A program made the position numbers and the translations under genes. From contig NW_008246072.1 of the NCBI RefSeq assembly GCF_000281045.1, forward strand, positions 462,378 to 494,822: a DNA stretch of 32,445 nt. The letters run 5' to 3'. The notes beneath the pieces were generated by a model. The model was not told where the DNA came from and searched no databases. It worked only from the letters and a program-made list of their open reading frames with translations. This document shows, in pieces, positions 1 to 10,782 of the stretch (positions are counted from its first letter, which is position 1; each line of letters starts with the position of its first letter). Source of the stretch: Saprolegnia diclina VS20. Taxonomy: Eukaryota.

Positions 1-598
1 ATGTGAAGTAGACTGCCAAAAGGATCAATACATTACTAGTATGTATTACCGTGGCTAGGGACACGCACGACGGTCTTACCATTGCCACTCGGCGGTTCCC
101 GCCCTCCCGACCGCCCCACGTTCGAGTTGGGCCGTTTCCAAGAAGTGGAAGAGGTTTTCCGCGCAAGTCCGAGCACGTAGAGGACCAAGATCCAGGTGCA
201 GAGCAAGCGAGCTCAAGCCATTTCCAAATTGGTAGTCAAATAGCTACCCCGCTTCGCCCACCACTGGTACGGAAGACACCAACACGGTTGTTGCCCCCAA
301 GTAGTTTGGTCTTGATTGAGGAACGGAGCTTTTTGCGCATATTGTGTTTCACATGACTTCTTCGCTCAAGGGGAAAAAGGGCGCGAGGCTGCACCTCGGG
401 TGAGGCGTGGCGGGTTGCTTAGCGGAGAGCGAAAACTAGAATGCTAGGCTCTGGCCACCAGTCGTTGGTTTCGCTGAGCCGCCTTCTCTTGAAAAGTCCG
501 TTTCGACTCCTTGCAGGCGCGAAACACCCAAAATGCGCGCGTTGGATTGGCCAGGTGGAACTTAGCGTCTCTGATTGGCGGACTACATGGATATGCTC

Positions 599-693
<95 letters not shown>

Positions 694-793
694 NNNNNNN
701 NNNNNNNNNNNNNNNNNNNNNNNNNNNNNNNNNNNNNNNNNNNNNNNNNNNNNNNNNNNNNNNNNNNNNNNNNNNNNNNNNNNNNNNNNNNNN

Positions 794-846
<53 letters not shown>

Positions 847-847
847 T

Positions 848-888
<41 letters not shown>

Positions 889-894
889 CAGATA
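599..894. repeat. (GATA)n/(TAGA)n microsatellite, interrupted by a 100-N assembly gap (694-793)
   Basis: Near-perfect tetranucleotide repeat read directly; true length unknown because of the gap. Confidence 0.98.
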
Positions 895-1214
895 AATGTT
901 CGCATACGATTGCGTTTATTGTGATAATCAGCATTTTTGTCGCCCCAAAATGGGGTCTAATTCGTTGACGTTGTTTTCTACCGGATGCTACCGGACGAAT
1001 AATTCGTTTGGAGGACGACCGCTAATTCGTCCGGATACGTATCGCCGAACGGCTAAAACGTCCTAGCGTAATATAAATCAATTCAGGACGGGATAACATG
1101 AAAAATGTATTGATCAGTCCCTTACTTGAATAAAAATAAAAGGGCCGAAAACATTGGCGAAGGCAGTGCATATTTCAAAATAATTCGTTGGCCCTGCTGT
1201 CAAGTGTCGATTGG

Positions 1215-1890
1215 ATGACTCGAGCGCAACGGACGGTCGAGCTCCCCACGCACCTGAGCTGCAACTTGACGGTCAAGGTCGGTGCCGCGCTGACCGGTCG
1301 CTCCACTGCCGACACGCATGAGTTCGTCCATGCATACACCGAAGGCTGTGGCGTGCTACTGCAGCGCGTAGGCGTCATGACCGACACGATCATGACCGAA
1401 TACGGCAGGGCTAGAACGACGGCGACGAGAACGGTAACTCTGTCGAGGTCCCCGAACATGGTCTTGTACGCCAAGGTCGGCGCGAACGACCGCCAAAGCA
1501 CGTACGTTGGGATCACGCCCGACACGTACGCCTCAACGATCAACAGCATGTGGAACTCATTGCTCGCCCGCGCCAACGGTACGCGCGCGCTACTCCGCCG
1601 ATTCTTTTTTGACGTCGTAGGCGACACGACCTTTCAGCTCTATGTATACGTCGAGAAGAGCGAGACACGAGCTCAGCAGATTCGTCGTGCGACCGAGAAT
1701 CGGATCCGCGAAGTCGCTGCGCGACTTGCTGCGCGGGTATTGCCTTTCGTATCAATCAATATGTGATTGGATGGAATGACATGCCCTCGATGTAGATTAT
1801 GGACGTTCCCCGCGCACCCGAGGACGTGCCGGGTCCGGCTCAGCTCCGCTACCACGCCACTCACCTCGCGCGCCAAATGGACGACCCCTT
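1215..1890 (+). CDS. Transposon-borne passenger gene of unknown function (exons 1215-1736 and 1796-about 1890), 3'-truncated
   Basis: Open frame with host-like codon usage. A phase-0 intron GTATTG...TGTAG (1737-1795) joins ...QIRRATENRIREVAARLAAR in frame to IMDVPRAPEDVPGPAQLRYHATHLARQMDD. It lies wholly inside the TIRs, convergent with the transposase. Confidence 0.65.
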
Positions 1891-2527
1891 CGTGGAACGC
1901 GGCACGGTCGAAAGTTCCGGTCGTGTGTTTCCAGGCAAAGAAGCCGGTAACGTCAAAGGCGGCGACGATGGAAATCCGTTGTCCGCGCTTGAAGGGGAGG
2001 CTGACAATAGCTGGAGTCCCGCGCCGCGACCACGCGTAGCGACGCATCGCATCGCGTCCATCTTTCGAGGTTTCATCGACAAAGACAAGCTGGCTAGGGT
2101 GGCTATAGAATGGATAGAGACGACGGTAAAACATCTCTATCTCAAATGCACTGCTTTCTTTAGCTCGCTTTTCCAACACCTTGCGTGAGAGGTTCAGATG
2201 GAAGCGCAATACACGACAGATAGTTGCTGCAGAGCAAGGCTTGAGACCCACAAACGTGGTCTGGAGTGCCCCCTGTAGCTCCTCGATGTAAAAACATGGA
2301 TTGTCTTGCGCGTACGCGTCGACGAACTCGATGACCTCGGGAGGCCACGGGACGGTGGTCTTACTTTTCTGCTTAAGACTCACGTGCCCAAGCGTTGTGA
2401 ATTGCTTGATGTATCTTTCGATAGTGCGCACGCCGGGACCCAGCAGAATGCCAATCATCTCAATTTCAATGCAATACACAAAGTACAAAACAATGCAACG
2501 CCACCGTACCTGCTTGTCCCATGCCAT
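1886..2527 (-). pseudogene. IS630/Tc1-like DDE transposase, 3'-truncated
   Basis: N-terminal HTH-like region, LSRKVLEKRAKE, first catalytic Asp in LVFVDETS, RRYAWS..G, RISIVAAF, TFDRAAFHE. Similarity stops at about 1888; no second-Asp (DN..H) or PYSPxxNPIE motif follows. Confidence 0.88.
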
Positions 2528-3239
2528 CGCGGCGCGACCGCAGATTAGGAAAATGACACGACGAATAGCAGCGCTTAGTCGACGTTTGGCGGATCTGTAC
2601 CCGCCAATCGTCCCTTATTCCGGTAACGTGTCCTTTTAACCGGCCCGGAAGGCCCTGCAGGGGCCGTAATTCGTCCTCCCCTCGTGATCCGGATCTGTAA
2701 ATCGTCGTGACTCACGCTATCCGGACGAATAATTCGTCCATCCGCCCTGATAATTCGTCCGGATGGGCGAATAAACAGCTCAGATTAGGCTCAAATCCGC
2801 CAAAAACGCTGATTATCACAATACGTAGTATACAAAAGGGCGAAGTGCCGTTTGATTGGGCCCTTAACGTTTACTGGCGGATGCTCTATTGAGACTTTAT
2901 ATCCTGTGAAATCAAATACGGACCTTGGCTATAGGGTGGCAAAGGGGACTGCACTGCATTCTATTGCGTCGGGGCGCTCCAGGCCGCGCGACTGGCGCTG
3001 CGCCGGCCACTCATGCCGCCGCCGCTCCGGACGTGTGCCCGTGGCGCTCTGAAGTCGGCAGTTGGGATGCGCCTGTGCGCCGACCCCGCGTCAAGCTTAT
3101 GATGCGCTGCGAGCGCCAAGCCACGTGATGCTCTTACCTACCGCCGTCGCGACGTGCCGCCAGCGTCGTAAGGTGCCGCAACACAGATCAATGCTGAAGA
3201 CGGTATTATCAATATCCAATATGACATGAATTCATTGCG

Positions 3240-6200
3240 TTATTCGTCGCTACGGAGTTGCTCCAAACGGAACGCGGCAATCGCTCGATCATATGCCGTC
3301 ACACCCGAGCTTTTGATGAAATTGCCCTTCTTGTAGAACTGGTGGAGGGCACACGACGCAGCACTGGCATTGTCATGGCGACGGTTCTTGTAGCCGCAGT
3401 GCGGGCACGGTAGGATTTTTCTTTTCTTCGTTGGCGGAGGAGCGGAAGGATCCTTCAACTCGCCTCGCGGGACAGAGTAGGATTCTGCCCGCGGAGCATG
3501 GACGGGGGCCACTTGGTTGAGGACTTGATCGTAGTCGTCAACCGGTTCGTCCACACGGTGCTCGATTGGACGAGTCGCGGCCGTGCTTGACACTTTCATT
3601 GGTGTGCGCTTTGACTTGAAGGCCTCTTGAGCCTCTCGGTCCGCGCCACATGCCTCGTTGGCCTCTTGACCTGCAATCAGCTGCTTGGCGTACTGCTCCA
3701 TGTAGGTTGCGCGCTTGAGCGCCACGTCAGCCACCTGGAAGCACAGAAAAGCATCAATTACACGTGTGCATCCATGAGCAGACACGTTACCGTGATGACG
3801 ACTTCCGGCTCGAGCTGCACTTTGTCTTAGCCACCACGAGACCAGGAGCCGGTTCCAGTTGTCGGCCGGCGTTGCGTAGTCGTCGTCATCCCGATGGCAG
3901 CGGGGCATGAGGTACTTGAACAGACGCTTCTCGCTTTCGGTCTTGACCTTGCGGGCGACCTCCGGAATGCGGGTACGCTTGACCTCGAATGACTTTCCTT
4001 TCGGAACAATCCCGGCCGCCTTGATGGCGTGCAACGCCGCCGACGCAGTCTCTTCACGAAGCACACCAAACGTTTCGTCGCCAGTGTTGAGGGTCATTGT
4101 AGGCAAGCTACAAAAGCGGCCGTAACATCGATAATTGGCGTATATTTGCGTTGTACCTGTCGGCCCACGTCGGTCGACACGTTGGTGGAAGCTCGTGAAG
4201 CAGTGCCTTGATCTGCATCACGAGGTTTGGGTCGAGGAGCCTTGGGCCATCGTACGTGGCGTGTCTCTTGTGTTTCATCAGGTTCCATCGAAAGATGCGA
4301 TCCATGATTATGGAATGCATCGTTGTGAGGCTCAGACGAGCACCATGAACGCAGTTCCGTAGCACGCGGTGGAGGTTCTCGAGCTGGCTGGTAGAGCGCA
4401 CTGTTACGTAGCTTCATATCAAGGTTAGTTTCTGTGCAAACAGTAGTGCAGCAAGCATACCGCGGTTTTTCCTTCGTGCCGATGTTGTAGTACATCTTGA
4501 CGCCTTCGGGGTCGTGAAGAAAGCCCGCGTCGAGGTCCTTGAACGCGTTCTCCTGCGTCTCGTCCATGCTCTTCTTGAAGAGGCCCTTGATGTCCGAGTA
4601 TCGGTCGATGAGCTCCCGTAGGTTTTCCTTGATCGCGCTTGGGTTGACAATGTACCGGCGGAGGTTGTCTTTGGGTAGCGCCTCGAGCGGAACGTCATCG
4701 CTACACATAAATGATTGACGTGTGTTTCGAGACAACATCAGTAGTTACCTGTACTCCGGGCAGGACGCACGTAAATGCCGCCGCAGCTCCTTTACGTCCT
4801 TCTCGTCGTACGAGAAGAAGCAGTTGGAGAGCTCGCCCATGAACCACGACCGGAGCGGGTGCTTGTAGAGCGCCTTGTAGTACTTGTCCATCGTGTGCCA
4901 GATGTCCTTCTTGACGTGGATGCCGGCACCAAAGAGCTTCTTGAGGATAGCCTCGTCGGCGCCTGGGTTGTCCGTGTAGATGACCTTGACCTTGCCCTTC
5001 GAGGCCAAACGCTTGGCAAGCTTCTGAAGCTCGGGCTCGATTTCCTTCAAGCTTTTGGTCTCGCAGAAGTAGAACCCGATGACCATCCCAGTCTATTTCA
5101 TGTATTGGTAAGCGCGCCAGTTGCAGAAGGGGCTAGCGCAAACATAAATGAGTAAAAACCAACCTGGTTCATGACAGTAAACATAGACGTGTAAGGCTTC
5201 GTGCCGTCTGCGTCCTTTGCAGCGCTTGCCACCTTGAATGTGTGATCGATCTTGAGAACTTCACCTCCTGCCGCCGCTATCACGTCCTCGATGTAGCCGT
5301 GGAGGCGCTTGACGGCATTGACACCGATGCGCCTGAGCACCTTGCCGCTAAGGCCATGTGTGGCCTTGGGCTTGGCAAGCATCTTGAGCCTGACGGGAAC
5401 GCGCGCAAGGCCAAGCGCGCCGTCGCGCTTGCACTCCATGGCCACAAGCTCCAAGAGCGCCTTCTGGCGGCGCTGGAGCCACATGTCGCGTACAACGCCG
5501 AGCACGTCACTTGCAGCATCGTACGACGCGATTTGCTGCATCTCACGAGCGTACGTCGTGGCGTCGAGGGACACGTATCTCTTGCCATCCATCCGGAAAG
5601 GCAGCAGCGAGAGCACGGCAGCCGGGTACCATGACGCTACAAGCGTCTCGTCCAGCGACGAGAAGCTCGTAGAGTCAGCGTTCTTGGCCGCCTTATTGCA
5701 GCCGAGATGGCGCAGCCGACGCACGCGAAGCAGTGGCCACTGGCCTCCAAGCGACACGATTGGGAGGAAGCTTTTTGACCATCCGTCGGAAGTGATATCG
5801 TGGCTACCGCACGCCGGGCACGACAACTTGCCGACGTCGATGAGGTGCGAGTAGAAAGTGAACGGGCACCAGACGTGGACGTCACAGCCGCCGAAGAGCA
5901 AGGCGTCGGGGTCTGGAAGTGAGCCAAAGTTCAAGGACACATCGGGCAGCGTGTACTTCCACGATGGCCACTTGCTGCGGTCGAGAGGTTCTTTGGGGCG
6001 CAGGTTGTACAAAGACGGCAGCGTGGCCTCCCGCTCTTCCCACGAGCGCGTGAGGAAGTCGGAAACAAATCCGTCATCTTTGTCCATTCTACAGATAGCA
6101 CGTAAGAGGTAGTACATCACAAGTGGCTCTATTGAGAGTAAGACGTACGACGGTATCGCGCCGGGCGCGTCTGCTTGAGTAGTCGCTTGCGCTTGCGGCG

Positions 6201-6503
6201 CGTCTTCTCCATTGGTAGTCACTTCCACTTGCGGCGGGTGCACTTGCGACGCGTTGCCACCTTGTCTGCGGCCTTCGTTCCTACAGGCATGACATTGGCG
6301 CATGTCGAGAGATGGCCGGCGACGTACTTGTACTTGCCCGGGTTGAGCTTATACTCACAGATCAGTCCGTGGCGTCCCGGCTTGCCGCAGTCGAAGCACA
6401 CGTCCTGGCGATCCGGGTTGACACGGCGCTTCCCGCGCCCCTTCTTGGACATGTACACTGTGCCGGGCGGCAGCGTCGATATCTTCTTGAGTTGGCCCCG
6501 CAT
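3240..6503 (-). CDS. Intron-containing DDE transposase (about 960-980 aa) with Zn-knuckle-like N- and C-terminal motifs and a DUF6729-like Cys region
   Basis: Exons 6503-6328, 6280-6149, 6088-5164, 5092-4749, 4700-4461, 4411-4157, 4107-3791 and 3734-3240, joined by GT-AG introns. Motifs: WCP..LSCPACGS..ITSDGW, KIDHTFKV (D), VIYTDNP (D), KKDIWH (DxxH), RSTSQLENLH (E), TGDETFGV, CFDCGKPGRHGLIC, CPHCGYKNRRH. There is an apparent 1-nt frameshift near 3828 if the last intron is spliced. Confidence 0.8.
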
Positions 6504-6564
6504 GAGGATTGATGGGTAGCCCTTGATCTCGCCTTGATCTAGCCGCTGGGAAATCCATCATTTT

Positions 6565-6681
6565 GTCCAATCAGAGCTGGCCATACAGCGCAGCACTGGC
6601 GTTTCATGCCCCGTTCTGATTGGCTGGCGTCTTACTGGCCTCGCCAGTATGACGTAATCAACCTAGCGAGATTACGTAATC
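6565..6681 (-). promoter_or_regulatory. Putative transposase promoter: CCAAT boxes and bZIP-type palindromic sites
   Basis: CCAATCAG at about 6567 and TGATTGG at about 6618, TGACGTAAT at about 6650, and the perfect palindrome GATTACGTAATC at 6670-6681, all 60-180 bp upstream of the transposase ATG. Confidence 0.35.
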
Positions 6682-7028
6682 CAGGAAATGCCCAAGGCTG
6701 CTCCGCGCGCAAAAAAAGATGATAAAATAGGATCCATGATTTTCTCCCTCTCTTTTTCTATGTGGCGCGCCAGTAAATTTAACAATCCCGACCTACTGGC
6801 ACTTTGCCTACAAAAGTGATGCGAGCGTCAGCGACGATTCACTTCATCCACATCATCCGTCGTCGTTCGATGTATGAGCCCTCGGGGTCTCGATGAGTCT
6901 ACGAGCGCTTCTAGAGCGACGGGATAGCNNNNNNNNNNNNNNNNNNNNNNNNNNNNNNNNNNNNNNNNNNNNNNNNNNNNNNNNNNNNNNNNNNNNNNNN
7001 NNNNNNNNNNNNNNNNNNNNNNNNNNNN

Positions 7029-7407
7029 GTGGCTAGGGACACGCACGACGGTCTTACCATTGCCACTCGGCGGCTCCCGCCCTCCGGACTGCACGACATT
7101 CGGAATTGGGCCGTTTCCAAGAAGTGCAAGTGGTTTTCCGCGCAAGTCTGAGCGATCTAGAAGACCAAGATCCAAGATCCAGGCGCAGAGCAAGCGAGCT
7201 CAAGCCATTTCCAAATTTGTAGTTTCAGTCAAATAGCTACCCCGCCTCGCCCACCACTGGCACGGAAGACACCAGCACGGTTGTTGCCCCCAAGAAGTTC
7301 GGTCTTGATTGAGTGAGGGAGCTTTTTGCGCATATCGTGAAATGCGCCCGTTTGATTGGCCAGGTGGTTCTTAGCGCCGCTGATTGACGGACAACATGGA
7401 TAGGCTC

Positions 7408-7474
<67 letters not shown>

Positions 7475-7630
7475 ATGTTCCCATACGATTGCGTTTACGT
7501 AGTATACAAAAGTGATGCGAGCGCCAGCGAGCACCACGATTCACTTCATCCACATCATCCGTCGTCGTTCGATGTATGAGCCCTCGGGGTCTCGATGAGT
7601 CTACGAGCGCTTCTAGAGCGACGGGATAGC
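7029..7630 (+). repeat. Second, transposon-free copy (likely the alternate haplotype) of the locus at 51-918 + 2824-2838 + 6817-6928
   Basis: Starts right after the gap with the same sequence as position 51 (GTGGCTAGGGACACGCACGACGG). Its end matches 6817-6928 almost exactly. It lacks both transposons and the segment at about 347-530. Confidence 0.9.
7408..7473. repeat. (GATA)n microsatellite, about 16 units
   Basis: Read directly; same flanks as the array at 599-894. Confidence 0.98.
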
Positions 7631-8868
7631 GCATGGCTGAAGCGGCAGTGTCGTCGTCTGTCGACCAGGAGTCCCGACGCGCTCGCCCACTGCGACGCCA
7701 TTCCAACAGCGTCGGTGCGCGTTGGCGTTGTTGAAGTGGGCCAGAAGCGTGCGGTTCCGAAGGCGGGCAAGCGCAGTTGCGCTGATCTTGTCGGCGGTGA
7801 ATCTGGCTGGGAATCAATTTCTTTCGCACGTAGACGCCAAGCATCCCACAATTGCACAGCAGCACCCAACGCAAGTCCGCACCGACCAGGCTCGCCCTCG
7901 AGTCTCTCAACACGACGACGCACCCTCTCTGTCGTTACCGGTAGCGTCTGCAAGTAGCTTCAACCCGCGGCGGCGTCGCCTGTTGCAAAACTTGCTGGCC
8001 ACGCTGGAGGCGCGCGCGCGCCTGGGTGCAACCTGCACGGCAGAGCATTACACTGTCTGGCCTCCAATGCAAAGCAAGTCGGAATAATAAGCGGCGCAAG
8101 GGCACAGCTACCAGATTCGAGCCGAGTCGCTATTAGTCATGTACACGGTATACTACGATCAGGCGAACGGCTGTGCGCATCTGAGATCACACACCGTGGC
8201 ACGCACTTGCTATATCCCCACATCCCATCGCCGCCTTTCTGAACCATGTCGACTCGGCCAATCCAGCGCGTCGACCGCGACGAGGACCACCAATCATGGC
8301 GCGTCGCCTGGCCAAGTCCACGTTTCGGTGCTGCTGCTTTGCACGATGCCTTGGCTGATGATGCAACGCCGGGCACACCATAGGATTTGGTGGTTCACGC
8401 TACAGGACGCTACGCTGCGAGCTGCGCAAGAGCAACGTCCCGCGGCTGCGCCAATGTCGTGTCCCAGTGCATCTTCGCCTCGTCCGCTACAGTCATACTA
8501 TGCCCTACAGTACTCGGCGGGTGTCTTCTTGGATGGCAAAGTACGGTATCTGGATTCGTTGTACACTAATTGTTGTCGGTGCGGAAGAGAATCGAAATCG
8601 ATGGACTAAATGCTCGACTGTGTTTACGGAGAGCTCTCGACGTGACGCGCGTTACGAAGAAGGGCGGCGGTGGGGCGTCACCGTGGCGGAGGAGGCCAAC
8701 AAGCTCGCGCGCACGCATCACTTGGTGTGGATGCACACTATTTCGATGGGATCACTGGTGCATGGAATGCCAGACCCATGTGAGTCACAGTTCTAACCTT
8801 GGTTCGCCACCAGCTTGTGCTAAGCAACGCATGTCACGCAGCATAAATGCGCCTGATATCCGATGGCC

Positions 8869-8886
8869 TCACTTTGCCTTTTCGCT
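8869..8886 (+). promoter_or_regulatory. Oomycete Inr+FPR-like core promoter
   Basis: TCACTTTGCCTTTTCGC resembles YCAYTYY + MWTTTNC; it supports ATG 8905/8920 rather than 8863 as the start. Confidence 0.5.
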
Positions 8887-8904
8887 CGAATACGGTACAT
8901 CGTC

Positions 8905-10311
8905 ATGCAGCTGCGATACATGTGCAAGCTCGGCGTCGTGCTCGGTCTGGCGGCGATGACGGTGGTCGACGCGGCCAACTTCCGCATCTACACGTCGACG
9001 AACCGCGTCCTCGCCGAGTCCAACGGCAACATTGTTGTCGCAACGCCGTCGGCCAACAATGCGATCAACGAAATCTTCGACTACACCGACGGCAGCGGCA
9101 AGCTCATGGCGCAGAGTGCGTCTAAGTGTCTCGGCGGGCAGCTCGAGCCCATGGTGCTGCAAGACGCCGACTTTAACGTGCACATGAAGCTCCGCCTCGG
9201 TCTCTGGTACTGCATTGGCGACAGTGTCAACGTCCCGTGGCAGTACGACGCGACGTCTCGCCAGTTCAAGCACGACTACTACGACGGGTGGTGCCTCGAC
9301 GCGGTCACTAGCCCCGTGTCGATCTACCTCTGCGACCCCGGAAGCGCGACGCAGCGGTTCCGGCTCGTCGCTGCTCAGACGCCGCCACCGACGCCACGAC
9401 CCAACAAGCCGACACCTCGGGCGCTGCGCATTCGCGACCACCGCCGCCGCCTCGAGAGTGACAATCCACCGGGGTTTCGCCTTGCGGATCCGTCCGAGAA
9501 GCTCCTTCCAATGCGCATTACGCTGCTAAGCAAGGGCGTGCTCCAGCTCGTGGGCACCGAGCTCTACGTGCAAGAGACACCGCGCAATACGACCGACGAG
9601 TGGTTCGAGTACAACGCCAACCAGCAGACGCTGCGGTCGCTCTCGCCCGAGATGAACTCGAGCTGTTTAACGCTGCACCCGAGCAACCGCCTCTACTTTA
9701 GCTCGTGCTGCGCGCCCGAGATGTGCCAGAGCCAGCAGTTTGTCTTTTATAAGAACCGCCTCCGCCACCCGACGTCGTTTTGCGTTGCGCGCAACCAGTA
9801 CAAGCCGGACGCTGGCAAGCCCATGGCTGGTATCTGGTGCAACGACGAGCGCAACACCGACCAGTGGCTCGCGGTGTACAAGGAAGACCCGGGCGCCCCG
9901 GACATTGGCAACCGCCGCCGCCTCGACGCGTTCGACACGCGCATTCGCGCGGCGAGCGGCAAGCTCATCTCCGAGTGGACGACCGGTCTCTACGTCAACT
10001 GGGCCGTCAACAACAAGAACGAGTGGTTCACTTACAACGACGGCGGCCATACGTTCCAAGCGCAGAGCAACCGCCAGTGCATTGATGCGTTCTGGAGCTC
10101 CGACCCGAGCGTCAAATGGTGGGTGTTGAAGATCCACACGTTTGACTGCGGGTATGGCAACCGCAATCAAGAGTGGTCGGCCGAGTTCAACCACATCAAG
10201 CACCTCAACCACGCTGGCATGTGCATGGAAGCACGCAACGACGGCACGCTCGGCGTCAACTCGTGCAAAAATGGCTTTACACCGGGCGAATGGCTCGAAC
10301 TCTACCGGTAG
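8905..10311 (+). CDS. Secreted protein with three ricin-B-type (beta-trefoil) lectin modules
   Basis: Signal peptide ...LGVVLGLAAMTVVDA. Ricin-like motifs WCLDA..SIYLCDPGSATQRF, QCIDAFW, FDCGYGNRNQEW, GMCMEA. Intronless, with strong GC3 bias. The start may be 8905 or 8920. Confidence 0.82.
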   Translation: MQLRYMCKLGVVLGLAAMTVVDAANFRIYTSTNRVLAESNGNIVVATPSANNAINEIFDYTDGSGKLMAQSASKCLGGQLEPMVLQDADFNVHMKLRLGLWYCIGDSVNVPWQYDATSRQFKHDYYDGWCLDAVTSPVSIYLCDPGSATQRFRLVAAQTPPPTPRPNKPTPRALRIRDHRRRLESDNPPGFRLADPSEKLLPMRITLLSKGVLQLVGTELYVQETPRNTTDEWFEYNANQQTLRSLSPEMNSSCLTLHPSNRLYFSSCCAPEMCQSQQFVFYKNRLRHPTSFCVARNQYKPDAGKPMAGIWCNDERNTDQWLAVYKEDPGAPDIGNRRRLDAFDTRIRAASGKLISEWTTGLYVNWAVNNKNEWFTYNDGGHTFQAQSNRQCIDAFWSSDPSVKWWVLKIHTFDCGYGNRNQEWSAEFNHIKHLNHAGMCMEARNDGTLGVNSCKNGFTPGEWLELYR

Positions 10312-10782
10312 GGCGCGATATGATTTATATAAGATAACTATGGATGGATCAAATGGAGTATACCTTGTGATTCAACGACGATTCGACCTGGCAACGCGTC
10401 TTGATTATGTTGTTGCCTACTTGGACCCTACGTGGCGCTTCCCGGCTCTGGCGTTTTTGTGTCTCGGCGTATACATGACTCCTGTCCGCGTTCCTCCCAC
10501 AGTACTCGGTGCTTTGCAGACAGGACCAGCGTGCAGATCAGGACGCACGCCATGGTTCGAACCGCGGTAATCGTGCGGTAAACATTTTTACCCGTGCGTG
10601 ATATGCGTTATATAGCTTTAACATCACGGATTTCGGTTGAAACGCGTTGAACGCCATGCGGGTCGGAGCGAGTAATACACCAACCCTAAAATTCCGTCGG
10701 AACTGGTTACCACCGGCCCCTTTGTAATCACAGCAAGATGGTTGTGTGTCCCTCCCAGATCGTCTTCGTCTCAGTGTGCAAG

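Larger units (their letters stand above)
919..2821 (-). mobile_element. IS630/Tc1-mariner-superfamily DNA transposon, internally deleted
   Basis: Left TIR TTGTGATAATCAGCATTTTTGTCG (919-942); right TIR reverse complement TTGTGATAATCAGCGTTTTTGGCG (2798-2821). TA duplicated at 917-918 and 2822-2823. The empty site GCGTTTACGTAGTATACAAAAG is visible at about 7491-7512. Subterminal AATTCGTCC / GACGAATAATTCGT motifs occur at both ends. Confidence 0.93.
2839..6808 (-). mobile_element. Mutator-like (DxxH-type DDE) DNA transposon with GG...CC termini and 8-bp TSD
   Basis: TSD TACAAAAG at 2831-2838 and 6809-6816, present as a single copy at the empty site (about 7505-7512). TIRs GGCGAAGTGCC (2839-2849) and GGCACTTTGCC (6798-6808). 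A second inverted match TTTACTGGCG lies about 30 bp inside both ends. Superfamily assignment is inferred. Confidence 0.88.

Noticed and set aside
344..530. Segment of about 180 bp absent from the second copy, with short inverted ends GTGTTTC/GAAACAC; possible MITE
   Set aside because: Only a 7-bp inverted match and no clear TSD; equally explained by a deletion in the other copy.
419..934. ORFs with IYLSIYLS repeats (also 7229-7537 and 7407-7913)
   Set aside because: They are translations of the (GATA)n microsatellite and N gaps, not genes.
1673..1885. C-terminal part of the 284-aa transposase ORF
   Set aside because: Read-through into the antisense strand of the passenger gene after the deletion junction; no transposase motifs.
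1215..6503. Possible Fanzor/TnpB nuclease or CRISPR-like array in the transposons
   Set aside because: No RuvC-type motif set or repeat-spacer array seen; the Cys motifs fit transposase zinc fingers.
7630..8860. Several overlapping 60-170 aa ORFs on both strands
   Set aside because: No recognisable domain, no consistent codon bias or splice model; may be degraded gene or TE sequence.
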